A stretch of DNA of 63,977 bases, counting the filler, from Blastocystis sp. subtype 4 (Eukaryota), in the NCBI RefSeq assembly GCF_000743755.1. It is 5 parts of 5 records of this genome, joined end to end, with 100 filler letters (N's around TTAATTAATTAA, not from the genome) between each part and the next. Parts side by side here need not be neighbours in the genome. Positions count along the whole stretch, not along the records: positions 1 to 15,697 come from NW_014569260.1; positions 15,798 to 28,809 come from NW_014569258.1; 3 more parts are not named here. One strand, given 5' to 3'. The notes beneath the pieces are model-generated. The model had not been told where the DNA came from. It did no database searches and saw nothing but the letters and a program-made list of their open reading frames with translations. This document shows, piece after piece, positions 13,958 through 26,037 of the stretch. Both the position numbers and the translations under genes were made by a program. Position 1 is the first letter of the stretch, and each line of letters starts with the position of its first letter.

Positions 13958-14617
13958 CTATACACTCTTAAACATCATTCATACAAATGAAACAATTAAT
14001 TCATTCTTTATTCAATATTCTTACCATTCATCAATTCTAGTATATCAAAACTAAACAACTCAACAAAGCAGACTATCGATCTATTCAATCAATATCAATC
14101 AATCAATATATACATCTAGAATAGAATTCAATAAACTAAATACGATTCTATTCAATATTCAAGATTTCGTCAATTCACACAAATATCTTCTCTTTATTCA
14201 ATTCCTGATTATCAATCTATTTCCTTCAATTCAATTTATTGACTTTATTCAACAATTACATGTTGAATCGCATTTCTATCTCGTCTATTTCATTCTATCA
14301 TTCATCATTTCTAGATTGAGATATGGATATCGTTTCTATCTCTCTCAAACATCCTCTATTCCAATTTCATTGATTTCTCGATCTCTATCATCCTCTGGAA
14401 TCGGAATTGTTAATGAAACGACTGGAACTGGAGTTCAGTCTTCTGTTTCTGTAGAGACTTCTTCAACTGATTCTTCTTCTTCATCAGCATCAAATTCTTC
14501 GAATTCATCGAAATCTCATAAGACTTCCTCCTCTTCATCTACTTCCTCTTCGAAACGATCCAAACCAAAAGTATTCTCTATTCTTGATATTTCAACGATA
14601 GTTTCGCGTTTCTGATT

Positions 14618-15664
14618 ATGTTGGAAGTGGTTAAGAAATGAAAGTGTAATAGAATAGTGTTTGCAAGTACTTCTATTATCGCTGGATTGATTGGTTACTT
14701 TGTGAAGATCAGTAAAGAAGGAAAGCGTCATGATCGAGTTCAAGAAGCATATGAAAAGAAGTGTCCATTAACAGCAGAAGAAAGTCAGGAGTTATGTTCT
14801 GAGAATAATATCAAGTAAGACGAATTGGTTTGAATAAGAAAGAGTCTTTCCTTCTTCAACTACTTTGCTCATCTGTTGAAGTCAAACTATCCTGATGAAA
14901 TGACAGTATCTGAATTCCGAAGTGTGATGTTGGAAGTATTACGAAATGGAGGAATCGATGAGATCTCATCTATCTATCATTTAGATCGATTATTTGACCG
15001 TTTATCATCCAATCGTTGCCCCATCCATTCTTCTGCTGACAATTCAAATCCTTCTGTTGTTCTCTCACAAGATGTTAATACTTCATATGTAACTGAAGAC
15101 GATTTGTCGTATCAAGACTTGAAGGAGTTGAATGAAGTGAAGATTCCTGTGAATGTGTTACTAATGGCCATTCTACATATGGTTCATGGAGACAATGATG
15201 ATCGAGTGAAAGCAATTTTCCGTCTATTCAAAGAGTATAAAAATGAAAGTGTATTGATATAAAGAAATCCATCAAAGAAGATGAATCGCGATGAATTTGA
15301 GAATGCAATGAGTTGTGTATTGGAGACTTATCATCTTCCTGTTGATTTCCTTCCTCGGAAAAAGAAAGGGTTCCCTCTCAATGACTTCGCTTTAGCGACT
15401 CCTGGTGAGTTGGTGGATAGGTAAGAATGAGAATGAGGTGTAAAGTGAAGTGCTCTCCGTCAACGTGAAGAACACTCAAAGATTGATCGGAATGCAATGA
15501 TTAGTCGTAAAGAATTCATTGCAATGATGACAGATCGTCCAGTGTGTATTTGGGGTGAATGTTATCCTGTATCAGAAGAAGAAGAGAAACGAAGAAATGC
15601 TGAGAAAGAAGAGAAAGAAGAATTGAATCGTCTTCAAAAGAAAGAAGAGAAGAAAAAGAACTGA
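14618..15664 (+). CDS. Hypothetical protein with N-terminal hydrophobic segment and EF-hand-like helical region (multi-exon, start uncertain)
   Basis: ORF 14876-15262 plus exons flanked by ~30-nt introns (e.g. 15421-15450); DDRVKAIFRLF and ISRKEFIAMM resemble degenerate EF-hand helices; stop TGA at 15662-15664. Confidence 0.45.
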
Positions 15665-15697
15665 TCGTTTAGTCCTGTATTTGTTTTAACAAATTTC

Positions 15698-15797
15698 NNN
15701 NNNNNNNNNNNNNNNNNNNNNNNNNNNNNNNNNNNNNNNNNTTAATTAATTAANNNNNNNNNNNNNNNNNNNNNNNNNNNNNNNNNNNNNNNNNNNN
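15698..15797. other. Artificial contig spacer (N44-TTAATTAATTAA-N44)
   Basis: 100-nt N run with a six-frame stop linker, identical at four places. Confidence 0.97.
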
Positions 15798-16332
15798 CCA
15801 TACCAGTTATTGTAAGCCTCTGACTCCGTACTCTCGAAGTATCCAACAATCGCTACAGGAACAGCATCAATAGCAGCTTCCAACTCCTCCTTTGTAGCAT
15901 AGGTGACAGCCACAGGTCCAGACTTCTTCTTCATGTAGTTTACAATGTCCTCCTTAGAACGACCCGAATCATAGTCCACAGCGTTTCCATTCTTGAAGAA
16001 CTTCAAAGTAGGATATCCCTTAATAGCAAATCTCTTGCTCAGCTTGGGGCAAGCGGTAGCATCAACCTCAGCCAGATACAGAGGAGGATTAAGCTCCTTC
16101 AGTTCCTTAGCAGCGGCGGCATACTCAGGAGCAAGTTTCTTGCAGTGACCGCACCACTAGACGCTAATCTAATAAATACTTCACTTACAGGAGCATAAAA
16201 CTTAACAAGCAAGCTCTCATGCTGCTTGATAGCCTCATCAAAGTTATCATCGTTCAAAACCAGAACACCATCGTTTTCAGCGAACTCAGCAAATGCGAGT
16301 GCAAATATAAGCAGAAGTGCAGTAAATCTCAT
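15798..16332 (-). CDS. PDI: Protein disulfide isomerase, 5' part (truncated by spacer)
   Basis: Signal peptide, VLVLNDDNFDE, FYAP|WCGHCK (intron between P and W), VDATA, GYPTLKFF. Confidence 0.95.
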
Positions 16333-16871
16333 CTACAATATGAGAGCAGAGACAAAGAATATCCATACAATTCACAAGTTGATTTATGAAAGACGATGAA
16401 GAAATGCAAATGTATAGTGGTTCTTGGTAATTATGATTCACTAGACAATAGTATTACTACATAGAATAGTGATGGGATGAATGGCAAATAATCAAAATCG
16501 TCGGAACAGACTGTGATTTCCATGGTCTAGTAGGACATTGTGTCAGATTCGTCAACTTGTGTGTGATTGCTGATAGTATAAGCAAACCTATAAGATTCAC
16601 CAAACAGTTGATTAACTTGATTGCTTTTTGTTTCCGAACTCATTGACAGAAGAGTGAATGAGACTCATTAAAACCGGCAACTAGATGACGCCTGTATGAT
16701 ATCATTGTTCATTCAAGAAACGGATGATGCTCCAGACATTTCACCGTCCAAATAAGAATGCTTTGTGAGAAATTAAGGATTCAATAAACAAAACTATGTA
16801 ACCCGATATGACTGTATTGCATAGGAATCAAAGTTAGAATCAACAAAGTGTCTACCGTCAACAAACAACCT

Positions 16872-18615
16872 CTAAAGTGTCATGTAATCCTGATATACCC
16901 CTTCAGACACATCATCACATTCTGTTAGAACCTCCTCCCAATAATCTCTAGCCCTACTACTGTTCTCAACACACTTCGTTTTTAACCAATTCTGAATACT
17001 CTTTTGATTCTTCTGCAAATGGTCGTGTGAATTCATAAGTAACCTCACAGAATCTCTTTCATTTGCTATCCTCGTAAAAATAGGGATATGAGCCTCTCGC
17101 TATTCCTTACCCACTCCACTCATTCCTACAGTCATCTTAGTTTGTTGAGGACTAAATGAATTTGTTGTTTTATCATACCACTGTAAGGATTGACTTATAG
17201 AAGCTTGTTCTTGTCGTAGAATATCAATAGATGATAATGGAAGTAATAGAGGATCACTAACGATTCTGGAATGAAGGAGAATTCAATATACAGAGAAAAG
17301 GATATAGATTTGTGTAGAGCGTATTTGAAAAGAACTTTGAATTACAGGAATACACAATTCGATTCATATTATTGTTATAAACTCTGGAAACAATACTCTA
17401 GAATCAAAGATAGATCGATATGTTACAATCTTACAGCTTGTTGCAGGAACTGAAGAATGACTTGATTCATACAACTTCTTCCATGAGAATAATGGTTCTT
17501 GATTTCCAATATAACTCTCTTTTGGATCAACTGGAGGATTTGGAATAATCTCGGTAGAATAAGAAAGATTGAGAATGCAACGCTTTCCACCTAAGGAATA
17601 CTGATTGATCAACTGTCGCATCGTAAGACGGCGGTGATTCATCTGACGACAACTATAAATGAGGCAGACTATACAGGCCAACACTGCTAAAGCAGAGTCT
17701 AGACAACATGCTGTCATCACGGGAGAGGATGTGCTACAAGAGACTAATGAACTATGACGAATCGATTCCATCAGACAGAGGGCTTGATTACATTGAGAGT
17801 CAAATGAATTCGTTCGCTTCATCATATCCATACTAATCATAGCCTTGACTCCTTCCTCATGTAGATAATCTGATATGACAGAACTTGCATTCCAACCAAG
17901 AGCACAATCTTCTATCAGCAATACACCACTGATTGCATCTGCTTGTTCCAATTGCCACCGAATCTTCTCTTGAAGGATTTCGATTTGCTGTCTATTCTAC
18001 AGGAATATGAATACAATAAGAAATACTTGGAAGGCTTGCTCAAACATGACAACATCACAAATGGGATTTATGAATAAGCGATTCTGATTCATCTCAACAA
18101 TTGAATGAGGAGAGAATGTAAAATCGTATGCATGAGACCAATGAGTCTAAACCTAAAGAAAAAGAAATGAATTCACAAGAAACATATTTGACTGGGTAGA
18201 ATAGCGGTCCACGTATTGGACTTTGGAAGAACTACTTATCAATCAAATGAACATGAAAAGTACGAGTCAAGAACGGATGTAACAGATTTAATTTCATCCT
18301 CTGTCGTCTCTAGCAACGACTTTTCTCCTGTTTGAGGATTGATCTCACCGAAGCCCACTATTTATATGACATACGGTATTTACTTATTACTGGTATTATC
18401 ACAGATCACACATCGAGGAAGAAAGGTACCATCTCTTGTTTCCCTCATAAATATATTTGGATTCAATTGAATACAATCTTTATTCCGCAGTTCCCATTGA
18501 ACATGTTCATTCTAGAGCTAAACACTGGATTGACGATATCTACTTGGAGATTCCAAAAATGGGAACCAACACGATTGGCATCATTTCCAAATTGCAATAC
18601 AATAATTTCAGACAT
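16872..18615 (-). CDS. MSTO1: Misato/DML1 tubulin-like protein (multi-exon)
   Basis: N-terminus MSEIIVLQFGNDANRVGSHFWNLQ matches the Misato segment; IRWQLEQADAISG resembles IR.F.EECD.LQG; TAG at 16874-16872 followed 4 nt later by TGTTTGTT. Confidence 0.75.
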
Positions 18616-18702
18616 AATACCTAACTGGAATAGAATTGCACATACAGCAGTTATTCTTAATATTGTTATCAAACACTATTATCACTTGATAGTTTACTCA
18701 GA

Positions 18703-20806
18703 ATGAGTAGAATATCATATATATGTATTTTCCTTGTTACAATACTAACCTTCATCATTTGTATGAATGTTAAGTAAGTTACTTGAGTTCAGATTTGAAT
18801 GATCTTATTTGATATAGATTCGCAAGAAGTTTAGTATTGCTTAATAACATAAGTCCAAAAAGGTCTATGGAAATTCTACTCCAGGAATCAATTCCAACTG
18901 AGCCAAGTCAGTTATTACCAACTACCCTAAGTAGTGGTGATCATGAATATATCAATATTACCGCTCCTCCTATTGTACCTGGTGAAGCGGTACAGATTCA
19001 TCAGCAGAAGTCAAGTGAATCTGAAATAAATCCGCAGAAACTACGAATCCTTGGAGGTATTCCGTTTTTGGTGGATGACAGTTCCTTCGAGATGCAACCT
19101 TTACGCAATCCTGCTATTGCTATTGTTGCATGCTCAAGACTAGAGTCTATCATCAACTCCTTATCGAATCTCCTGAATCTAAAAGGGGTTGAAGAATTCA
19201 CTATCTATGTATCCTTAGGATGCCCTCATATAGTTTCGTATTCTGTTTTTGTGTATCTTCTTATTGATTGATAGATCTTTCTCAATTCAGCTGGTTATTT
19301 GCTAACGCAAAAGAAGAGGGTGAATGTTGTTGAGTTTAATGATATATCTATTCCATATAAGGCTACTCCATTTCTTCGAATCCATCGTCATTACGTTCAT
19401 CTTCTTCATCTTCTATTTGAAGAACATAATCACTCGCATGTCCTACTTCTAGAAGATGATTTGCTTGTATCGCCAACTGCTCTAAGCTTCATCAACCAAA
19501 CTGCAGTCATTCTTGATCATGATCCAACCTTGCTCTGTATTTCGCTTTTCAATGACAATGCGTTAGAATAGCAATTATTGATTACTAACAGATATGCTGA
19601 AACTCCCGATCCAACAGTCATTCGTCGTGGTTCGCATTTCCCTAATCTGGGTATGTTTTTCAATCATGAGGGATATCGCCGAGTATGGAATATCACTCAA
19701 GTCACCTTCACTACGAATGGATGGGATCATTGGCTCCGAACTCGGGCAGAAGAGCTTGGATTAGAGTGTCTATTCCCAGCGTTACCCCGTGTTCTCCATC
19801 AGAAGAACTCTATCGGAACCACTGTAAAACAAGGCGATCGTTCTATTCTCCATTTGATGCCCTTCTTACGGGATTCAAACGTATGTGTTGAGTGTTCTTA
19901 TTACTGTAGGAAGTCGATCTCGGGAATCTTTCATATCTTCTAGCATCAAACTATGATAGGACAATTGCTAGATTGTTCTCAGATCCATCAACAGAGAATG
20001 GTGTATTTAGGAATCTTCAACTTTCAATACCAGAGTTAGTTACAGGGAAGAAGCAATATGACGTATCTGTGAATGAGAAATTATCGTGGTCAAATCTTGC
20101 ACATCAATTAGGATATAATGAGAATGAAATAGTGATTCTATCGTTTGGTGATGATTCCAAATTAGTGAAAATTGAATCAGATCCGAATGTTAAAGTTATT
20201 GTTGTTCTGGTGACGGAGGAGTATTACTCACAATATGTTTCAATTCTGCATATTGCTAAGTCACCTCGTTGTATGCACAAAGGAGTTTTATTCCTTCAAT
20301 ACAAAAATCGACCTCTGATTTTTGTGAATCGTCGTGAGGCATGGTCCATTTTACCAACTGCTGTAAGTGTGATTCTTTCTCTTATTTGAAGAGTGCGGTG
20401 TTTTTCAACCATCATTCTAAGGTTGTTACTGCTAACCTTGATGAGACCTGTCATGAGGCTTGCTTACGTATCTCAACAACTACTTCGCGCTACGTATGTA
20501 ACGAGAATCAACTTCAATTTCTGAATCATTGTGAAGTCATTCGACAGTACTTCCCTTGTGAGAGAGGATGCGAACATGAAGTAGGCCAAGATCTTCCTGT
20601 TTATGTCAACTCATCAGGACTTAATACCCATGGACTTTGTTTATTCTCAACCGATGTCCAGCCAATTTGTGACTATTCTATTTCTGTCACACAACGATTA
20701 TGTACCTGTACAGAAGCTAGTACGATTGTTCATTATGGTTTTTCGCCTTCAATTCTTATTGTGACACGACAAGCTCAAACACAAATGCGGTTACGAAAAC
20801 ATAAAT
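18703..20806 (+). CDS. GT13 family (GnT-I/POMGnT1-like) N-acetylglucosaminyltransferase, type II membrane, with a Cys-rich C-terminal domain
   Basis: N-terminal TM; IVACSR, RIHRHY, LLEDDLLVSP (DxD), D.TLLCISLFNDN, FPNLG, WDHWLR, ECLFPALPRV.H are GT13 hallmarks. The 3' end is placed at the predicted poly(A)-completed T (20806). Confidence 0.85.
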
Positions 20807-20810
20807 ATAC

Positions 20811-20825
20811 TGTTTGTTACAAACA
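20811..20825. terminator. Overlapping bidirectional 3'-end elements TGTTT-GTTAC-AAACA between the GT13 and DHHC genes
   Basis: TGTTTGTT on + and TGTTTGTA on -, each 4 nt after an in-frame T. Confidence 0.7.
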
Positions 20826-20829
20826 TTGT

Positions 20830-21939
20830 ACACAACTAATGATTCTTTATCTTCACTCGATTCCTTTCGTTCTGTTTCGTCCATGATATCCTGCATTCGA
20901 GATTGAGGAATTCCAGAAATGATACGGATTGTATCTACCACCATATTGGATTTTGTCGTTACCGGCTTGTCAGCATATCCAGGAATATCCAAAACCGAGT
21001 ATATATCATTGTTCGACCTATATTCCAACAAGCAACAAAACAATACCATCGAATTCCTGATAAATGAAAAAACTCGAAAATGCTCTTCAGAGTGGATTTG
21101 AAAAAGGGATTATAAAACTTGAAACTGGCATCTCTACGACTAATCCATCTCCACTAATGCGACTTCAGATATCCAATACGATAGTAATGATCAGCCTCAT
21201 ATTGGGTGAGATTGAGAAGAATATTGTCCATGAATCGTTTTGCCAGAGAAATCGTATTTAAGGTATCGATAAGAACACACAAAAAACAGACAATAAACCA
21301 GACGGATGACGATTTCGTTGCAAACAACAAGGACATATTCGCATACCGGATAAGGATAAACCAACAGACATAATCCATTAAAAGACTGAACATAAGAAAA
21401 AAGGAATACTGAATCTGATTATTGTACCCAATACACTGATTGAGAAGGATAGAGTGGTGATCGTAACGAATTACACACCGATAGCATTTTGAACAATGGT
21501 ATGTGCGCAATGGGCGTCGACTACAGCAATCAGAACAAATGATTCCAGCTTTCTGTTTCTTTCGTTCTTCTTCACTGATTAGAGACTGACTCTCTTCGTT
21601 CTCTGTGTTGAGATCAAGATATCCGGGATCACGAAGAGAAGTCCAGATCATAAACACTAACCTTAGGATTCCGAATATATATAACACATAAATGACGATT
21701 CTCTTTCTTGAGACGATCGAAATCGATACACAAACTACGGTTTAAACGAGACTAATGCGAATACTGAACAATGTGAAAAGAATAGACATCCCAATCATAC
21801 TACGAAAGAAGTATTGAATAATTGGGGACGCATTTATCAGTACCATATGCATTACTGCATAGTACCTTTTGTACAACTGATTGATGATAGGTTGAATGTA
21901 AGTACGTACCAAATTAAAGATGGTACTGATTACCCGCAT
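20830..21939 (-). CDS. DHHC-type palmitoyltransferase-like protein (DHHS variant)
   Basis: DPGY, C..C...RPLRTYHCSKCYRCVIRYDHHS.LLNQCIG..N, TQYE, YNPF; multiple TM segments. Confidence 0.88.
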
Positions 21940-22046
21940 TTTCCTTTGTTCGTTCTATCATGCAAGTAAAAAGAATGGGCATTCGGAACCGAATAATCGG
22001 CAGCCCAAAGCCGAATTACCTACTTTCTAAACAAACAGGGTTTAGG

Positions 22047-23403
22047 CTATTTTTGCGAAAATATAATAGAATCTTTTGTTTCAAACTGACTTGTGTCCCA
22101 GTCTTCCGAAGTATTAGGCAAAGTTGGTAAGGGAGGAAACCGAAGGACCAACAGAGTAATGTCATCGGAAGAAGCGCAAGTTTTTACCCATCGTTCAAAT
22201 CTACATCAAACTAATCGAAGAAAAGTACATGTTTACAACTGAAGTCACTACAGTTTTTGCAAGGTCTGTAGAATATCGTACGCTGCATGAAAGTTCATCT
22301 GGAGTGCAAAAATTCCAGACTCCATCACTTCCACACAAGATACTGTTTAGCCCACATACAATATGTTTGCGAGTGATTTCTCCCTTAGCAATCACTCCAA
22401 CAGATTCTAAGTATTAGATTAAGAGACGATTACCACCAGCTAATGCATCTCCTACAGAACGAGAAAATGCAGCACCTGGATACCCACAATTCTTCAAATA
22501 GATTCGAGGAGGGTCATCAAGAGAGTAACTCTGATGATCATGATGCATCAGCCGATTATCCGAAGGCATCCGATCGGCAAGTGTAAAAACATCACCTCCA
22601 TACGCCGTAACACGAGAACGTTCATCCTATGGTTCATCTCTCTTCCCAGTTCTACATCTCGTACAGGAGTTTGATCAATGGAGAGAGGAAATGCAAATAC
22701 TTGATCTGAAGTACAATAACCAGCTACACAACGACTATCACCAACATTAACACAAGTTATTGTTGAATCCATAATTGATACACAAATAGCTGTAGTACCA
22801 CTGTTTGTCTAGAACTCAAAATTGTTGGTAAAAGATACATCATCCAAACCGCCAGTATATTTCTTATCATGCATTTGTTTGTTACATTCTTCTAAACTAT
22901 TTGATATGAGTTCTCCAACACTCTGTTCTGAGTCAAACGAATGTCTTGTAGACATCACAAGATCCATCTACATATTAATCATCTATAAAGTTCTACATAT
23001 TCTTTGCAGGCTATCGAACATTCACCACCATACTCGCCATGTCCGTCAAATACACCCAAAAAGACTCCATTCAGTTCCTTATTATTGCTACTGAAAGTAA
23101 TAGGTAAAAGTGAATAAGCATCTTGGGTTGTTCGTGTCTCCTCAGCAGGATAATAACCGTATTTTGTGACACAGACATACTCGAGATTGATTGTTTCTCC
23201 CTATATGTGAAATCATCGATATTGTATGTAACATGAACATCCAGTGGAATGGTTCCTTCTTGAATATAACAGGTTCGAAACCAGTATTCTACTCCTGGAC
23301 TCATATGTTTACGGTTCATATCTCTGAAAACAAGAGGTATCAACTTGATGTCCTCATCTGTCAGCTCAGAATATCGTGTTATCCTAGACTGCTGACAACC
23401 CAT
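22047..23403 (-). CDS. PP2C/PPM protein phosphatase with MGC N-terminus (possible acylation)
   Basis: FGVFDGHG, SGTTA, NVGDSR, LSIDQTP, FSRSVGD, GSDGVW, DDITL motifs across exons. Confidence 0.9.
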
Positions 23404-23635
23404 CTTTCCTGATAGCAACGGAGAATGAGTGATATTGCAGTGGCAATTATGTGGTAAAGGATTTAGTATCCGTATTGGAAACTCCAACATGACTACAGTA
23501 TAAAATGAAGTCTGTTTGATCCGCAAATGACTGTTACGAAATCGAATCAATTCTATGGCAATCCATACTCGAATCAATTTGTTAGCTCCTATTGATTGGG
23601 ATCTGCAAATATCTTCCTGCCTCAAACAACACAAA

Positions 23636-25329
23636 ATGGTTATCTTAGGTGTGACACTTCTGTATGTTTTGCTCCTTATAAGGGTTTCTAATGGAGAAGA
23701 GTTCACTTGTCATGAGTCTTCAACCATTCTTCATACAAACACACAGTGTTTATCTGTGACATGGAGTGTGGCAAGAGTTATTTCTACCGAAAACAGAGAT
23801 CCTTCATCGTATGCGCCAAGTGTTGCGTCTCTTGATACACAAGAACAGATGGTCACAGTACTATTCTTCTTACTTTTTAATCTATAGAACTTGTATAACA
23901 ATTATACACAACAGATATCGCTTTCTTCCTCTTGCTCCCAAAAGCTACTCAACTTTGTTTGCACAAATGCTTACCCATATTGTCCTGTACCATATGCCTG
24001 TATGGATCGGTGGGGTGAATTCATCGATAGATGCATCCTACTGGAGAGCTTGTCGAAGTGAGTGTTTGTCCATTCAGAAGAATTGTGGACCCATTCCCAA
24101 CCTGAATTGTGATGATTATGAAGAGAATGACTTCTTCTGCTATCGAATTCTTGGGAGTGTATTCATTATCCTGTTGATGTTACATAGTCCCAATTCCAGC
24201 TTTCGTTCTCAGAGAGTGACCGATTCGCTGTCCTTGTATATTGGCTTTCGTTTGGAATCAATCTTTTGCTATTATGCTGTTTCAGTTATTTTTTATACTA
24301 TGGAAGCAGCGTGTCGACTCTTCACAAGTTCTTTGCAGGTGTATTGTTTTTGAAGATGGTAGATATACCAACTTTCTCAACAACTAGATCTCTTCGTGTG
24401 TTAATGCAGTCACATTCAAAGGAGTAGCAGACAATTTTGGTGTAGGTAACTACTATGGAGGATTGGCTGTTATTTGTCTTCAGCTCCTAGCAACAACTTT
24501 TGATTTGTTTTTCTTTCTTCTTCTTTCTAAGGGATGGTGCGTAATCTATACTTCCTTGCTATTTTCGGAATGGGTTCGCTACTACATTCTGGGTATCCTT
24601 GTCTATTGTTCGGATGGATTTATGCTGATCTTCAACATGGAAACATCAGCATCTTTGTTTTATCACATGATGTGCTTGGGAATTTTCCTTCTCTTATTTA
24701 TTGACATGATAGCTTCTGATTCCTGTTGGATTCTTCTTTCGTAGTTATTTGTAGTTATGCTTTTCAAGACGAGGTTACGAATGGAACGTATCTTCCGAGA
24801 TGGGTTAAATCCTTATACGCATATTACGTATATTTGTCTTTTTATTCTTATCTAGATTCCAGAAGTACCGCTATGCTTATATCATCCGCATCTTATTGTG
24901 GCTTCGCTTGGGCTTTATGCTGATTCGTCATGGTCTTTTCCCTCTACTTCAGGTCAATCAAAGTCGAGTTGCTGTGACTTTGTTAGCCACTCTCTCCGAT
25001 ACACTATTGTTATCGGTGATCCTCATTCTATATCCTCTCTTGTCATCTTCTTTGTTTTCCTTCATTCTGAACATTAATCCCTTCAGATAAGAATACGATC
25101 TTTTTGACAGGCGTGAGTGATGAATCTGACTTTGTTGTTCTTGTTTCGGTTATCTTGACAAGATGGATGTACGTAGCCAATATATCTGGCAATGTGTAGG
25201 AAAGAAGGTGATTCGATTGAACAGGAAAGAGAAATCATCTTGGTGTTTCCGGATGACAACAATCCGTATGGGCTAGGAACGGCTGCGATGCCTTTAACTC
25301 TAGAAGAGCGAGGAGAACTGGCTGTTTGA
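23636..25329 (+). CDS. Multi-pass membrane protein with signal peptide and Cys-rich (Frizzled-CRD-like) ectodomain; GPCR-like
   Basis: Signal MVILGVTLLYVLLL; ACRSECLSIQKNC...LNCDDY...C; several hydrophobic exons 24230-25170; spliced by eye. Confidence 0.5.
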
Positions 25330-25385
25330 AGAGTCACTTCCTTTCTTGATTTGTACCATTGACATTTGTTTCTTCCTATATCATT

Positions 25386-25979
25386 ATGAATCGAATCTAT
25401 CAGTCTTTTAGGAATGAATTGCACACCAAAACTGCGCTTTCAACAGTACTTCGGACTCAATTCATTCGTTCAATCATTCAAGTCCCTAGAGATGCTATTT
25501 CAATCTCTTTTGTTCGTTCACCTGGTCCAGGTCGGAATTGTTGATAATGATGAGTGAAAGGTGGACAGAATGTGAATAAAGTGAATACAAAGGCAGAAGC
25601 ACGGTTCAATGTTTATTCGGCGTCCTGGTTACCTAGGTACTGATAGGAGGATGAATGTCTCTCTAGAGATGTGAAAGATCGATTTGTTAAGCAGGAACGA
25701 AATAATATTAATGGGGATGGAGAGTTTGTAATTACTGCGAATGAGGAACGTTCCCAAAGTCGGAACCGTGAAATTGTGTTGCAGAAGATCCAGGAACGAG
25801 TCAATCAAGCTGCTGTTCCTCCAAAGGAACGGAAACTGAAGACAGGTGGGAATGAAACTCTTCAATCACTTCTAGAAGTAAACGAGAAGGTAAAACAAAA
25901 GTGGGTAGAAGATAAACGACACCGCTCGGAAGTAAAACAACGGCGGAAGGGGAAAGAAAACATGGTTGAACATTTCTAA
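25386..25979 (+). CDS. ICT1: ICT1/ArfB-type peptidyl-tRNA hydrolase (organellar ribosome rescue factor) with presequence-like N-terminus
   Basis: RSPGPG|GQNVNKVNTKAE (GGQ split by intron 25531-25560), RSQ.RN, basic C-terminal KR.RSE.K.RR. Confidence 0.9.
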
Positions 25980-25981
25980 CT

Positions 25982-25996
25982 TGTTTAGGATAAACA
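25982..25996. terminator. Bidirectional 3'-end element TGTTT-AGGAT-AAACA between ICT1 and the sorting nexin
   Basis: Inverted TGTTT pair at a convergent junction; the + copy begins 4 nt after the T of the ICT1 TAA. Confidence 0.55.
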
Positions 25997-26037
25997 AGAT
26001 ACAAAGCAATATATAAGAAAACCTTGTTGCTAAGCGC

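Noticed and set aside
10110..14054. Long plus-strand ORFs (232, 419 and 282 aa; His/Ser/Leu-rich)
   Set aside because: Antisense shadows of the purine-rich SET gene, with no motifs.
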